A DNA stretch of 64,000 bases from Thermodesulfobacteriota bacterium (GCA_963675595.2 CAXXLZ010000001.1:1717448-1781447); one strand, 5' to 3'. Positions 38,923 through 49,368 are shown, numbered from the stretch's first letter. A program made the numbers and translations. Notes: a model not told the origin generated them from the sequence alone.

Positions 38923-39651
38923 TTAGGGCGTCCCTCCCGGTTCGCCGGAACCTAATGCTTTCCCCCACTTGTTCATGAGGATGCCGGGCAGAGGGAACGG
39001 CATGCCGGCTTTGGGCGACATCGAACCCAGGTCTTTCAAAGCCTCGAGGATATCATTCAGGTTGATGTCCTGAACACGGATTCGGGCGGATCTGGCGGGG
39101 AGAGTCATCACAAAGGGCTTCTGTCCGGGCCGATACTCCTTGTACACAATCCGACGAATCTCCACCGTGGCCAGTTTCACCCACACGTTCCAGGGCTTAT
39201 CGGGATATTGTTCACGACTGTCTCCCCGACCTTCCGCCTCTTCCACACGGCGGTCTTCCCGAACCGCCTCCTCCACGTTCAGCCTGCCTTCCCGGTTGCG
39301 GACGAGGGTTAGTTCCTCGACATCGAGTGTGACTCGGTCCAAGACCAGATTTCGATTCAGCAAAGGACGGAGACGATAATCCGCGAAGGCCCCGGCGATG
39401 AGGAGCATGGGCTCTCCCGAAAAACCGGGAGGGCTCATGAGCGTCATTTCCGTCAATTCGGCTTTAGACCCGGGAAATCCCGTCCGAAACCCGCCGATGC
39501 GGACCTCACCGTTGAAGTTCTCCTTGAGAATTTCGGAGACGACACGTTCCGCCAAGGGGTCCACAAGGAAAAACAGCGCCGCGAGGCATAGAACCAACAC
39601 CGCCGTTGGAAGGCCCAGAGTCCGGCCAAAGCGAAAACCCGCCGACCTCAT
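38923..39651 (-). CDS. AsmA-like membrane-anchored protein
   Basis: N-terminal TM followed by beta-rich repeats (...LTLVRNREGRLNV). Confidence 0.55.
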   Translation of the reverse strand: MRSAGFRFGRTLGLPTAVLVLCLAALFFLVDPLAERVVSEILKENFNGEVRIGGFRTGFPGSKAELTEMTLMSPPGFSGEPMLLIAGAFADYRLRPLLNRNLVLDRVTLDVEELTLVRNREGRLNVEEAVREDRRVEEAEGRGDSREQYPDKPWNVWVKLATVEIRRIVYKEYRPGQKPFVMTLPARSARIRVQDINLNDILEALKDLGSMSPKAGMPFPLPGILMNKWGKALGSGEPGGTP

Positions 39652-39678
39652 TCCTTTTCTCCCCGAGAGACCAAGGAA

Positions 39679-40179
39679 TCAGCCCACATCTTTGAATTTC
39701 TCTTTCACGGCCCCGCAAATGGGACACTTTTCCGGCGGATGATCTTCTCCGATATAACCGCAAACCTGACACACATAATAACGTGTTTCTCGTTCTTCCA
39801 TCAGATCGTTCATGGCTCTCTTGTATAATTCCGCATGTCGCGCCTCCACGTCCCTGGATTGTGAGAATGCGGTCAGCGCCGGGCGAACGCTTTCCTCTTC
39901 CGCGTCGCGGATCATGGGAGCGTATTCTTGGACATTGGCTCTGATCTCGTTCTCGAAAGCGGCTTTTAGATTCTCCTCGGTCGATCCTATTTTGCTTCTC
40001 ATGAGGTTCAGGTATCTGCGGGCATGGACGGATTCCGCCTCGGAAACCGCCCGGAAAAGCATGGCGATCCCCCGGTATCCTTCATGATCCGCTTTCAAGG
40101 CAAAGGCGCTGTTACGCGCCGCGGCTTTGGATTCCGCAGCAAAAGCCACGGCCAGGTTCTTGTCGGTTTTGTCGGGCAT
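39679..40179 (-). CDS. Rubrerythrin family protein
   Basis: AFAAES, AESVHA, ExxH di-iron motifs; C-terminal CQVCG...CPICG rubredoxin site. Confidence 0.9.
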   Translation of the reverse strand: MPDKTDKNLAVAFAAESKAAARNSAFALKADHEGYRGIAMLFRAVSEAESVHARRYLNLMRSKIGSTEENLKAAFENEIRANVQEYAPMIRDAEEESVRPALTAFSQSRDVEARHAELYKRAMNDLMEERETRYYVCQVCGYIGEDHPPEKCPICGAVKEKFKDVG

Positions 40180-40456
40180 CACGTCCTCCCTGCACGGCAT
40201 CTGGGGGTAGCGGTTTACCGGATTACGTCCTTGATCAAAATATGCAGGATGAACTCCGGATTTCCATCCGTCAAGTTCCGATTCCCATGGCGCGCAACCG
40301 GAGATTCGCCGAATCCGTGTACATCGCCCCGATCCGCATCCTTGCCGCCTTCAATTCCCGAATCGAGGGCCTGCGCGTAAGACATTGACAAGCGCTTCGA
40401 ATCTCACGCATAACCAACCGTGGCCATTCCGAACCGAAATCATTGAGGAGGCGCTT

Positions 40457-41638
40457 ATGCCGGGACCCTTGGCCGGTTTGAAGGTTCTCGACTTCACCAC
40501 ACTTCTCCCCGGACCCTTCGCTACGATGATGATCGCGGACATGGGGGCGGACGTAATACGCATCGCTTCCGGCAGTCGTCCGGACCTGGTTGCAATCCAT
40601 CCACCGTTCATTGCGGAAACCGGGTTATCCACCAATTTGGCTTATCTGTGCCGAGGCAAGCGGTCTATCGCCCTGAACCTGAAGAACGAATCGGCGGTGA
40701 ATATCGCACGCAAGCTGATCGAGAGAAGCGACGTGCTCGTGGAACAATTCAGGCCGGGCGTAATGGCCTCTTTCGGGCTGGATTACGAAAACGCGAGTCG
40801 AATCAATCCGTCCTTGGTCTACTGTTCCCTGACGGGCTACGGTCAGAAGGGTCCGTTGTCCGAACGGGCGGGCCACGACATCAACTATCTGGCTTTGTCG
40901 GGCTTGATGGGCTATTCCGGTAGAGTGGCCGAAGGACCGGCGTTGACCGGCATGCAAATCGCCGATCTCGCGGGAGGCAGTCTGCACGCCGTGGTGGGTA
41001 TCCTCGCCGCCGTAATCGCACGTTCTTCCACAGGCAAAGGACAGCATGTGGATGTGGCCATGCTGGACGGCGTCATGGCCTGCAACGGCTTGGTCGGATC
41101 GGCTATCCTCGCGGGCGGGCGTAATCCCGGTAGGGAAGACACCCTCCTTAACGGCGGCTCTCTGTACGATTTCTACGAAACGAAGGACGGCGGGCACATC
41201 TCGGTAGGATCACTGGAGCCCAAGTTCTTCTCGGCCTTCTGTGAGGGAATCGGACGTCCGGATTTGGCCGAAGGAGGAATCCACCCTCCCAACGTCCAAG
41301 AGGTCAAGGAGGAAGTCCGGCGGATCGTGAAGAGCAAGACGCTGAGGGAGTGGGAAGAAACCTTCTCGAAAAGAGACGCGTGCGTCGAACCGGTGTTGAG
41401 TCTCAAAGAGGCCCTGAACCGACCTCATGTCCGCGAGCGCGAATGCGTGGTGGAAGTTCCTCTTCCAAAGGGCGGTACCGTGCGGCAGCTCGCAACCCCC
41501 ATCAAGTTTTCTCAAACTCCTCTGCAGTACTCGGGATCGGGAGACAGGGCCGGTGCACACACGGTGGAAGTGCTTGAGGAGTTGGGTTACACAAAAGACG
41601 ATATCAATGGCTTCGACCGGGCCGGAGCTTTTTCCTGA
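40457..41638 (+). CDS. CaiB/BaiF class III CoA-transferase (AMACR-like)
   Basis: LPGPFAT, RGKRSIALNLK, EQFRPGVM, SLTGYGQKGP, AGHDINY, IADLAGG. Confidence 0.92.
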   Translation: MPGPLAGLKVLDFTTLLPGPFATMMIADMGADVIRIASGSRPDLVAIHPPFIAETGLSTNLAYLCRGKRSIALNLKNESAVNIARKLIERSDVLVEQFRPGVMASFGLDYENASRINPSLVYCSLTGYGQKGPLSERAGHDINYLALSGLMGYSGRVAEGPALTGMQIADLAGGSLHAVVGILAAVIARSSTGKGQHVDVAMLDGVMACNGLVGSAILAGGRNPGREDTLLNGGSLYDFYETKDGGHISVGSLEPKFFSAFCEGIGRPDLAEGGIHPPNVQEVKEEVRRIVKSKTLREWEETFSKRDACVEPVLSLKEALNRPHVRERECVVEVPLPKGGTVRQLATPIKFSQTPLQYSGSGDRAGAHTVEVLEELGYTKDDINGFDRAGAFS

Positions 41639-41847
41639 TCCCCTGCCCACAAGCGCTCGGTGAAACGGACCGTGGCTCATTGCACGCAGTTCCATGCGTT
41701 CCGGAGTGATGCCGGATCCGGCTGATGGTCCGTGAACGCCCCTCTGAACAAGCGGGGAGAGTTTCACGAGTGCCGTCGCCCCACTGCGCAATCTTGAACA
41801 TTCGGAGCCGAGGGTTTGCGATCGTTCCTCACTGAGGTCAATTTCTT

Positions 41848-43599
41848 TTGACGGGCTGGATGAACAGAGTCCTTCATGTGGATCTCCGCAGGAAGACCGT
41901 CGATGTGGTCCAAGTGGAAGAAACCACCCTCCGGAGCTTCATCGGAGGGAGGGGACTGGGTGGCTGGTTTCTCGCGGAACGAATTGCCCTGCCCTGGAAT
42001 GATCCGGACATGCCGATCCTGATCTTCACCGGCCCCTTGGTGGGCACAACGGCACCCACATCCGGCCGCTCCTCCATCATGTCCCGCTCCCCGCTCACAG
42101 GACTGGCATCCGACTCCTCGGTGGGAGGACGGCTCGGCACCGAGCTGAAGAGGGCCGGGTGGGACGGAATATTCATCACCGGGGTGGCGGACTCTCTCTC
42201 AGGAATCGAGATATCGGACCGGAGAGTCTCCATCCGGAACGCCGGTGCCCTCGCAGGGCTGGAAACCACGGAGGTTCTGGGGCGGTTCCCCACGAACTGC
42301 TCAGTGGCCGTGGTGGGTCCTGCGGCCGAAAACGGGGTTCGTTTCGCCAACATCGTGGTGGACAGACATCATGCGGCAGGTCGAACCGGTTTGGGGGCGA
42401 ATCTGGCGATCAAGAATCTTAAATACTTGCTGGTACGGGGCACCGGCAAAGTACCGGTCGCCGACCGTGGGAGCCTAAAGGAAGCCCGGGAAGAAATCTT
42501 CCGCCTGACGGCCGCTTCTCCCATCCTCATGGGAAGACACGGCTTCTCCGATTTCGGTACGGCGGCGCTCTATGATCTCATATCCAGCCGACGCATGATG
42601 CCCACGGATAACTTCAGAGCCACTTTTTTTCCAAATGCCTCCAAGCTGAACGCTCACGCTCTTCGGAAAAAGCTGAATCCCAGGAAACACGGATGCCGAG
42701 GTTGTCACATCTTCTGCAAGAAGATCACCCCGGAGGGTGTCGCACTGCCCGAATTCGAAACGCTGTCCCATTTCACGGCTCTTATCGGCAACGAGGACCT
42801 GGACTTGGTCGTGCGTGCCAACGACCTCTGCAACCGGCTGGGCATGGATACCGTTTCCGCCGCAGCGACCCTGGCGTGTCACAAAGAGATCACGGGGGAA
42901 TCTCTTTCTCCGTCGCGGGTACTTTCGCTGCTTAGCGACATCGGTCACGGAGTCGGCATCGGCAAGAAGTTGGGCAAAGGGTCCAAGGTCTATGCCCGGG
43001 AAAGGGGGGTTCCCCTCGCCTCCATCACGGTCAAAGGCATGGAACTTCCGGCCTACGATCCGCGCGGCGCCTACGGAATGGCCCTCGCTTATGCCGTTGC
43101 AGGGAGGGGGGGCTGCCATTTGCGGGCCTACCCCATCAGCCATGAAATCCTCCGAAAGCCCGTGGCTACGGACCGGTTCACCTTCAGCGGCAAAGCCAGG
43201 ATCATCAAGATTGCGGAGGACCAAAACGCCGTGGCCGACTCTTTGACCGCCTGTAAGTTCACGTTTCTTGCGGCCACCCTGGAAGAATACGCCAAAGCGT
43301 TCACAGCGGTGACCGGAGTTCCAAGTTCCGCACAAGAGCTCCTCCGATGCGGGGAACGGATCTGCTACCACGAGCGCATGATGAGTTTCCGGCTCGGATT
43401 CGGAAAAGACGACGACGACCTACCCGCCCGATTTTTCGAAGAACCGGGATCAAGCGGAAATCGCATAGAAATTCCTCCATTGGCGAGAGACGATTTTCTG
43501 GAGGCTAGGGCCAACTATTACCGCATTCGGGGCCTGGACCCTGAGGGACGCCCGATCAGAGAGCAAGCGGAAAGGTTGGGACTTCAATGGAACGCCTGA
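41848..43599 (+). CDS. aor: Tungsten-dependent aldehyde:ferredoxin oxidoreductase family protein
   Basis: IGGRGLG, SPLTG, GPAAENGV, AGRTGLG, CRGCHIFC, GMDTVS, VKGMELPAYDPR, GGCHLR, DSLTACKF. Confidence 0.9.
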   Translation: MTGWMNRVLHVDLRRKTVDVVQVEETTLRSFIGGRGLGGWFLAERIALPWNDPDMPILIFTGPLVGTTAPTSGRSSIMSRSPLTGLASDSSVGGRLGTELKRAGWDGIFITGVADSLSGIEISDRRVSIRNAGALAGLETTEVLGRFPTNCSVAVVGPAAENGVRFANIVVDRHHAAGRTGLGANLAIKNLKYLLVRGTGKVPVADRGSLKEAREEIFRLTAASPILMGRHGFSDFGTAALYDLISSRRMMPTDNFRATFFPNASKLNAHALRKKLNPRKHGCRGCHIFCKKITPEGVALPEFETLSHFTALIGNEDLDLVVRANDLCNRLGMDTVSAAATLACHKEITGESLSPSRVLSLLSDIGHGVGIGKKLGKGSKVYARERGVPLASITVKGMELPAYDPRGAYGMALAYAVAGRGGCHLRAYPISHEILRKPVATDRFTFSGKARIIKIAEDQNAVADSLTACKFTFLAATLEEYAKAFTAVTGVPSSAQELLRCGERICYHERMMSFRLGFGKDDDDLPARFFEEPGSSGNRIEIPPLARDDFLEARANYYRIRGLDPEGRPIREQAERLGLQWNA

Positions 43600-44747
43600 T
43601 CCGCAAATACGCGGGGAAACTGGTATCGGCGGGATTGGCGTCGCCCCAAGACGTTATCTTCGGGGGACTCGATGTAGAGATCGTGTGGAATCGGGAAGAC
43701 CCAAGAATTCCCGTTCTGGAAACGCTGTTTCAAGCCCTGAACATCAATTCCCTGCTCTTCTCGAAACCGGCCGAACCTTATCGCACCATCGTGGATTATC
43801 TCGCTTCGCAAGAGGATGATCTCGTTCGGCCGTCGGACTGCGAAACCAGGACGTTTCTCCACGACATTCCCGTAATCGACAATTTGTCGAGCTCCGCACT
43901 CATCAAGGCATTGGAGAGTAGAAAAGGGGTGATCGTGAGGGGGGGCGGCATAGCCGCCTTGGGTTCCGTGACGCCCGAGCAGGCCTTCGTCACTTTCAGT
44001 TCCGTGTGCTTCGCCTGCTTTGTCAAATTCTTCGGCGACTATCTTGCGGCCCACAAACGCGGCCGTGTGGACGCACTCCGGAAACAAGCCTTTGAAACCG
44101 CTTTGCGGGCGTTGCCCGCCCCCGCCGGACCCTGCCCGGAACTGACGAGAGGGCCTTTTCAAACCGAAGAAGAGGTGCTTCGGGCCATGTGCGAAGCGGG
44201 CCGATGGACCGTGAAACTCGGACTCGTGGACTCTTATTTCGGGAACATATCCTACCTGCTCGACAACACCCTGTACATAAGTCAGACTGGAAGCTCTCTG
44301 GACGAACTCGAAGGATACATCGATCCCTGCCCTTTGGACGACTCGTCCTGCGCCGGCATCACCGCCTCGAGCGAGCTGTCCGCTCACGTGGGTATAGTGG
44401 AGCACACGGGCGCCGAGGCCGTGCTTCACGGACATCCCAAATTCGCGGTCATTCTTTCCATGGACTGTGATAAACATCACTGCACCCTGCGGGGTGAATG
44501 CCACGTGAAATGCGAGGAACCGCGTTACATCGGGGACATTCCCGTGGTACCCGGGGAAGTCGGCACCGGCCCCTTCGGATTGTGCCGCACGCTTCCCCCG
44601 GCGGTGAAAGGGCATCGTGGAGGCGTGGTATACGGGCACGGTCTGTTCACCATTGGAGTGTCCGATTTCAACGTAGCGCTGAAAAGTCTTTTGGACGTGG
44701 AGAACATGAGTCGCGTGGAATACTTTCGCCGTGTCGGATGTGTTTGA
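43587..44747 (+). CDS. Class II aldolase/adducin family protein with two aldolase-like domains
   Basis: FGNIS, SQTGS, ASSELSAH, VLHGHP, GHGLF; 13-bp overlap with aor. Confidence 0.82.
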   Translation: MERLIRKYAGKLVSAGLASPQDVIFGGLDVEIVWNREDPRIPVLETLFQALNINSLLFSKPAEPYRTIVDYLASQEDDLVRPSDCETRTFLHDIPVIDNLSSSALIKALESRKGVIVRGGGIAALGSVTPEQAFVTFSSVCFACFVKFFGDYLAAHKRGRVDALRKQAFETALRALPAPAGPCPELTRGPFQTEEEVLRAMCEAGRWTVKLGLVDSYFGNISYLLDNTLYISQTGSSLDELEGYIDPCPLDDSSCAGITASSELSAHVGIVEHTGAEAVLHGHPKFAVILSMDCDKHHCTLRGECHVKCEEPRYIGDIPVVPGEVGTGPFGLCRTLPPAVKGHRGGVVYGHGLFTIGVSDFNVALKSLLDVENMSRVEYFRRVGCV

Positions 44748-44931
44748 CGCCTCCGCTTGAAACACCAATCCTCACCCTTCCGCAAAAAACAGACCCCGGG
44801 TTCGTTCTTGCAACCGGGTCCCTCTGTGGAGATAATCAATGGCGAGGTCTTTCCCCCGGACGTTGCCACGAAATAAATCCGTCGTGCAACCGGCCTGAAC
44901 GGACGCCGTACCAACGGCAAGGAGACGAAAC

Positions 44932-46089
44932 ATGAAGAAGATGATCGTGGTGTTGACGTGCATGCTGCTCCTTCAATCGGGGGCCGTTTTTTCGGGATCC
45001 GGGGAAGGCACCGTCAAAATCGGAGCTCTTTACAGCACCACCGGAGGCCAGTCCTCTCTGGATGGTCCTTCGCTGAAAGGCGCGCGTCTGGCCGTAAAAC
45101 ATATCAACGCCCTGGGCGGATTGCTCGGAAAGCGGGTCGAGCTCATTCATGAAGACGCGAAGACGGACGAAACGGCCACGCGGGAAGCCATGACCCGCCT
45201 TGTGCAGGACCCGGAAGTGGCGGCGGTCATCGGACTGAGCGACTCCAACTTCGCTTTGACCGCGGGCCGGATTGCACAGAAGGCGGGAGTCGTGTTTCTG
45301 ACTTCGGGAGCCACTTTGCCTTCATTGCCCGATGACACCGGAGAATATGTCTTCATGGCCGCGTTCGGGGACAACGCCCAGGCTGCCGCCATCGCCGAAT
45401 ACGCCTACAACACGATCAAAGGACGAACCGCCTGGATCCTTACGGAAGAGCCTTCCGTATTCACCGCCGCGCTTACCCGATATTTTCTGGACAGGTATCG
45501 CTCTCTCGCAGGCCCTGATGCCATAATGGGAGGCACGACCTATCCCTCGGCCGTCGGAGACCTCACTTCTCAAACCGCCGAACTCAAGGCGCTCAAAGCC
45601 GTTCCTCAGGTCATCATGATCTCCTCCCTTCCCGACCAGTGCGGGGATGTTGTCGGGGCGCTGCGAAGGGCGGGGTTCCAGGGCCCCATCGTCAGTGGGG
45701 ACGGATGCGATACCGAGCTGTTGTTCAGCGAGGCGGGCAAGGACGCTCACGACGTGTTCGTCGCGACCCATGTGGCTTATGACGACAAGGACGCCAACGT
45801 TGGGGCCTTTGTCCGACGGTACGAAAAGGAGTATGGAGAGAAACCGGAAAACGCTTTTGCCGCGTTGGGCTACGACGCCTTGAACATGATCGCCGAAGCG
45901 ATAGAGCGGGCGGAGAGTACGGAACACGACGCCGTTCGTCTGGCCCTCGGCAGCCTCCGGATGTTTGAAGGGGTCACCGGAAACGTCACCCTGTCCTGCA
46001 CCCATAGGGTTCCCGACAAGAGCGTGACCATTGTCAAGGCTTCGGAAGGCAAGTTCGTGTTCGAGGCGGAATTGACGCCGGCTCCCTGA
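44932..46089 (+). CDS. Branched-chain amino acid-type ABC substrate-binding protein (orphan)
   Basis: Signal peptide; VKIGAL, INALGGLLGKRVEL, AALGYDA, FEGVTG. Confidence 0.85.
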   Translation: MKKMIVVLTCMLLLQSGAVFSGSGEGTVKIGALYSTTGGQSSLDGPSLKGARLAVKHINALGGLLGKRVELIHEDAKTDETATREAMTRLVQDPEVAAVIGLSDSNFALTAGRIAQKAGVVFLTSGATLPSLPDDTGEYVFMAAFGDNAQAAAIAEYAYNTIKGRTAWILTEEPSVFTAALTRYFLDRYRSLAGPDAIMGGTTYPSAVGDLTSQTAELKALKAVPQVIMISSLPDQCGDVVGALRRAGFQGPIVSGDGCDTELLFSEAGKDAHDVFVATHVAYDDKDANVGAFVRRYEKEYGEKPENAFAALGYDALNMIAEAIERAESTEHDAVRLALGSLRMFEGVTGNVTLSCTHRVPDKSVTIVKASEGKFVFEAELTPAP

Positions 46090-46138
46090 ATGAGCCTACG
46101 GAACCGCGCCGGCGTGGAAAGATATAAGGGATGAGCAA

Positions 46139-46501
46139 TCAGACGAGGGCTCTTACCGCTTCTCTGAGTTGCTCCAAACGTATGGGTTTTGTCAAGGTCA
46201 ACCGGGCACCCGCCATTTTCGCCAATCGGAGATAATCCTTGGCGTCTACGGCGCCGCCTCCGGACATGGCGATGACTTTCAGGTCCGGCGTGGTTCTCCT
46301 CAGTTCCATGATGGTCGCTATGCCTTCCAGTTCCGGCATGATGATGTCCGTGACCACCAAGTCTACGGGTTGATCAAGATGAAGCGCGATCCCCTCCTTC
46401 CCATTCAAGGCGAGTACCACTTGGTGCCCCTCACGTTCCAACACTTGCCGCATCACCTTTCTGATTTGTTCGTCGTCGTCCATGACCAGAATTCGCGCCA
46501 C
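46139..46501 (-). CDS. Single-domain response regulator
   Basis: ILVMDDD, VVTDIIMP, AMSGG, TKP. Confidence 0.9.
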   Translation of the reverse strand: MARILVMDDDEQIRKVMRQVLEREGHQVVLALNGKEGIALHLDQPVDLVVTDIIMPELEGIATIMELRRTTPDLKVIAMSGGGAVDAKDYLRLAKMAGARLTLTKPIRLEQLREAVRALV

Positions 46502-46504
46502 GAA

Positions 46505-48481
46505 TCATTCTCCAACCATAAGGTCGAGCGCTCTTCGCACCTTCATGGCCATTTCCCGTTTAGCGACAGGCTTCTGAAGATACTCTTTGACCCCTAAGGC
46601 CTTGGCTTTGTCCTCGTTGATGATCTCGCTGAAACCCGTACACAGAATGATCGGCAAGCCCGGTCGGATGTCCATGAGATTTCTTGCAAGGGAAGCGCCC
46701 GTCATGTTGGGCATGGTCATATCCGTAATGACCAGATCGAACTCCTGAGGCCTTTCCCGAAACGTTTCCAACGCCGTCAAGCTGTCCGACCTTGGAGTCA
46801 CATGGTATCCCAGGCTTTCCAGCATCTGTTGGACCGTATCCAGAACGGGGGCTTCGTCGTCCACGATGAGGATACGTTCAGAGCCGTGCGGCAAGGTCGT
46901 CGGTCCGTTTTCCTCCTCCCGTCCCACTTCGGCGTCCACCATGGGGAAAAAGACTCGAAATCGGGTTCCTTCACCGGGTTTGGTTTCTACCGCAACCTGT
47001 CCGCCGTAGCGTTTCACAATTCCGTGAACAACCGCGAGCCCCATGCCCGTTCCCTCACCGGGCGCTTTGGTGGTAAAAAACGGGTCAAAAATGCGGTCCA
47101 AGTGAGATTCGTCGATGCCCGGGCCTGTATCGGATACATCCAACACCACGTACTTGCCCTCAACCAAGCCCTTCGCCTGCCCTTCGAGAGGAGAATGGAT
47201 ATCAAACATTTCGAGGGCCACGGACAAAGTGCCTCCCTGTTCCCGCATCGCATGATACGCATTCGTCCCCAGGTTCATGACAACCTGCTGCACCTGGGTG
47301 GCATCGGCGAATACGGGCCCACAGTCGTCCCTGATGGCGGTTCGGAGTTGGATGGTTGAAGGAAAGGTCGATCGAAGTAAACGAAGCGTCTCCTTGACCA
47401 CGGCCTGAATTCTTACCGGAGTCCGCTTGCGCTCACCCTGTCTGCTGAAGGTCAGTATCTGCTGCACCAAATCGCGGGCGCGTTCAGCGGCTTTCAACAC
47501 CTCCTGCAGGTTGGTATACGTGATCTTTTCAGAGTCGATATCCTCCATGGCCAGTTCCGTGTAGCCGATAATCGGAAAAAGAATGTTGTTGAAGTCGTGC
47601 GCAATTCCGCCGGCCAAAGTTCCGATCGCTTCCATTTTCTGAGAAAGCTGCAACTGCGTTTCCAGCCTCCTTCTTTCGTCCTCACTGCGTTGCCGCTCCA
47701 GAATTTCCTGCCTCAAAGACTCGTTCGCCGTCCGTAACTCCTCCGTTCTGGCCTCGACTCTTGCCTCCAGTTCGTTCCTCGCGGAACTCAGCTCTTCCTC
47801 ATATTTCTTACGCCTGGCAATCTCCGTTTCGCACTCCGAGATCTTGTCCCGCAAGGATCCCGCCAGTTCTTCCACTTCGACCTTGAGGAGCGTAGACTGC
47901 AGCACGTTGGCCACAACGCCGCTGAGGATCATCAGGTCTCTTTTTCTATGGAAATCGAAAGTGATCTTAGAGTCAAAGGAGATGTTCAAAACGCCGAGGC
48001 GCCCACGCGAAGTGGACAGAGGCAGGCAGGCCAAAGCTTCCGGATTGCCCAACTCGGGCTTCCGCTCGAGCAGGTCGTCCTCTCCTCCCCCTCTTTCCCA
48101 GAAACAGGGTTCGTTCTCCACGTAAACCTTACCGGCAACGCCTTCTCCGGGGTGGAACGAAAGATCCTTGTTGTAATCTTTTCGGGGACCTTCCAGAAGA
48201 TCCACCGGACCTCTGGCGGCCAGCAGAGTCAGCAATCTTTGGTCTTGCCGATACACAAGCAGGGAGCAGTTCCCGATATTTCCCATTTCTCTCACCAGGA
48301 TTTCGAGAACTTCTTCGGCGGCATCCCTGAAAGTCACGTCTTTGGTCGGAATACAAGTGAGTCCGGCAATGGCCGAAAGCATTTTGATGGAGGATTCCAG
48401 ACGAATCCCCATACTCGCCATGGCTTGAGCCAGCGTCTGGTTCTGCCGGGCCAGTCGTTCATGTTCACCGCTGCGGCTCAC
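46505..48481 (-). CDS. Cytoplasmic hybrid histidine kinase (GAF-HisKA-HATPase-REC)
   Basis: GEGVAGKV (GAF), AGGIAHDFNN, QVVMNL, DTGPG, PFFTTK, GTGMGL, C-terminal REC; GTG start overlaps the HDOD stop. Confidence 0.9.
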   Translation of the reverse strand: MSRSGEHERLARQNQTLAQAMASMGIRLESSIKMLSAIAGLTCIPTKDVTFRDAAEEVLEILVREMGNIGNCSLLVYRQDQRLLTLLAARGPVDLLEGPRKDYNKDLSFHPGEGVAGKVYVENEPCFWERGGGEDDLLERKPELGNPEALACLPLSTSRGRLGVLNISFDSKITFDFHRKRDLMILSGVVANVLQSTLLKVEVEELAGSLRDKISECETEIARRKKYEEELSSARNELEARVEARTEELRTANESLRQEILERQRSEDERRRLETQLQLSQKMEAIGTLAGGIAHDFNNILFPIIGYTELAMEDIDSEKITYTNLQEVLKAAERARDLVQQILTFSRQGERKRTPVRIQAVVKETLRLLRSTFPSTIQLRTAIRDDCGPVFADATQVQQVVMNLGTNAYHAMREQGGTLSVALEMFDIHSPLEGQAKGLVEGKYVVLDVSDTGPGIDESHLDRIFDPFFTTKAPGEGTGMGLAVVHGIVKRYGGQVAVETKPGEGTRFRVFFPMVDAEVGREEENGPTTLPHGSERILIVDDEAPVLDTVQQMLESLGYHVTPRSDSLTALETFRERPQEFDLVITDMTMPNMTGASLARNLMDIRPGLPIILCTGFSEIINEDKAKALGVKEYLQKPVAKREMAMKVRRALDLMVGE

Positions 48482-49368
48482 TAAGCCTCTCCTTGAACGA
48501 GCATTTGCCGCCAAGTGCCGGCCATGGGCGGCAGAGTCTCGGACGCCTTCCGAGCCACAGCCCTCACATCATCCGGGTCTATCTTGGCGCCGCGCAGAGC
48601 CTCGTGCCAGTCGGTGGGACGAGATTGCTGCGCCAGCCCAAGGCCGATCTTCTTAACCAAATGGTCGGCCATGAGAACGAGACAGGTCGATCTCAAATAA
48701 GGATCCGACGTTTGGATCGAATGGTGATCGCGAATGGCCGAGGCATGAATCGGGGGCAATCCCCATCTCAGTGCAAGCAGATATCCCACCGTTGTGTGGG
48801 ACACTCCGAGCAATTCCTCGGCCTCGAAATAAGTCATCCCTTCTTGAGACAGTTCCAGCACGGCTGCGAGTTCATCGGCGAGGTGCGTGGCCAGAACCAA
48901 TTTTCCGAGATCATGCAGGAGCCCACCGATCAGGATCTCGCCCGGCGTGGGATATCCGGCGCTCACCGCCAGCTCTTTAGCCATCCATGCCACACCCATG
49001 CAGTGAATCCACAGCCCTTCCCCGTCCATGCCTTGGGGAACCCTGCGCAGATCAAAGACCTCGGCCAAGCCGGCTCCGAGCGCAAGAAATTCAAGTTCCT
49101 TGAAGCCGATCAGCACAATGGCCCTGCGAATGGTCGTCACTTCCTGAGCAAAACTATAGTAAGCGGAGTTGGCCAGACTCAGAATCTTCGACGCCACCGC
49201 AACGTCACTCTCGATAATCTTTTCCAGTCGGTCGGCCGACGTGTTTTCGTTGGCCAAGGCTTCCATGAGCTGCCATACGACATGGGGCATGGCCGCCAAT
49301 CGTTCAATCTGAAAAATACGCCGACGCAGCTCAATGACTCTGTTATCGTGCTCCTCGGAGGGCATCAC
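48481..49368 (-). CDS. HDOD domain protein
   Basis: KILSLANSAYY, IRRAIVLIG, LWIHC, GLLHDLGKL, HTTVGYLLALRWGLP. Confidence 0.9.
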   Translation of the reverse strand: MMPSEEHDNRVIELRRRIFQIERLAAMPHVVWQLMEALANENTSADRLEKIIESDVAVASKILSLANSAYYSFAQEVTTIRRAIVLIGFKELEFLALGAGLAEVFDLRRVPQGMDGEGLWIHCMGVAWMAKELAVSAGYPTPGEILIGGLLHDLGKLVLATHLADELAAVLELSQEGMTYFEAEELLGVSHTTVGYLLALRWGLPPIHASAIRDHHSIQTSDPYLRSTCLVLMADHLVKKIGLGLAQQSRPTDWHEALRGAKIDPDDVRAVARKASETLPPMAGTWRQMLVQGEA

